Origin: a virus
Lineage: Duplodnaviria; Caudoviricetes
Reading direction: 5' to 3' (one strand)
Virus record (IMG/VR): IMGVR_UViG_3300032277_000035
Location: 1 to 35,827 of that record
DNA: 35,827 bases
The notes beneath the pieces are model-generated. The model was not told where the DNA came from. It saw only the letters and a program-made list of their open reading frames with translations, and searched no databases. The translations under genes and the position numbers were made by a program. Within the stretch, counting starts at the first letter, position 1. Each line of letters begins with the position of its first letter. Below are positions 35,604 through 35,827 of this stretch, piece by piece.

Positions 35604-35785
35604 TACGCGGCAGAAAGAAAAAGTGGTCATGGTCATGGTCAGGGTCAGGGTCACGGTCATGGTCATGGTCAGGGTCATGGTCAGGGTCACGGTCAGGGTC
35701 ACGGTCATGGTCAGGGTCAGGGTCATGGTCATGGTCAGGGTCATGGTCATGGTCAGGGTCACGGTCACGGTCATGGTCAGCTTAA
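35600..35785 (+). CDS. Ser-X dipeptide-repeat peptide (X = Trp/Gly/Arg)
   Basis: ATGA overlap with the Sm-like gene. MIRGRKKKW then 11 SW, 9 SG, 5 SR and 1 SA. Confidence 0.6.
   Translation: MIRGRKKKWSWSWSGSGSRSWSWSGSWSGSRSGSRSWSGSGSWSWSGSWSWSGSRSRSWSA
35624..35779. repeat. Tandem hexamer array (BGGTCA)26
   Basis: 26 units with invariant GGTCA and first base T, G or C, never A. Confidence 0.97.
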
Positions 35786-35827
35786 GAAATAAGGCATACA
35801 TAACGCTTATTGCACTGATTTAGTAAT
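35773..35827. repeat. Terminal direct repeat (assembly overlap), right copy
   Basis: Identical to 1-55. Confidence 0.95.

Noticed and set aside
35624-35779. Hexamer array as a CRISPR array or nuclear-receptor (RGGTCA) elements
   Set aside because: There are no spacers or cas genes. The resemblance to eukaryotic half-sites has no plausible relevance in a bacteriophage.
35595-35823. Alternative repeat ORFs (Val-Met/Arg on +, Thr-Met/Leu on -)
   Set aside because: They are open because the hexamer has no stop in those frames. Only the Ser-X frame has an ATG coupled to the upstream stop.
35773-35827. 55-bp terminal repeat as a biological DTR or att site
   Set aside because: The length matches a common assembler k-mer and it cuts through an ORF, so it is most likely a circular-contig overlap.

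Overview
This looks like a complete, circularly permuted genome of a P22-like (podovirus-type) dsDNA bacteriophage. Bases 1-55 exactly repeat 35773-35827, so the unit genome is 35,772 bp. The + strand carries Cro-like and NinG-like genes, then a seven-gene secreted/LamG/fibre-like module, then the morphogenesis operon (TerS, TerL, portal, scaffold, coat, adaptor, tail fibre, gp10-like hub, a cupin-SET fusion, three ejection proteins). It ends with a lysis cassette containing an amidase, a collagen-YadA mini-autotransporter and holin-like genes. The - strand (about 25.0-34.3 kb) is an early region with Lar, a broken HNH-AP2 nuclease, a YqaJ exonuclease and partner, an XRE regulator, an isolated replication-protein domain and many small ORFs. 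The control region holds tRNA-Pro(TGG), tRNA-Leu(TAG) and tRNA-Gln(TTG). I recognise no integrase, DNA polymerase, primase or helicase. The main unexplained signals are: (i) a promoter, structured RNA, Sm-like gene and (Ser-X)26 repeat peptide unit; (ii) a cupin-SET methyltransferase inside the virion operon; (iii) a roughly 300-nt minus-strand structured RNA with an antisense sRNA/switch where replication genes are expected; (iv) a shared palindromic operator in four promoters; (v) several small genes missed by the ORF track. All family calls come from motif recognition by eye; no searches were run.
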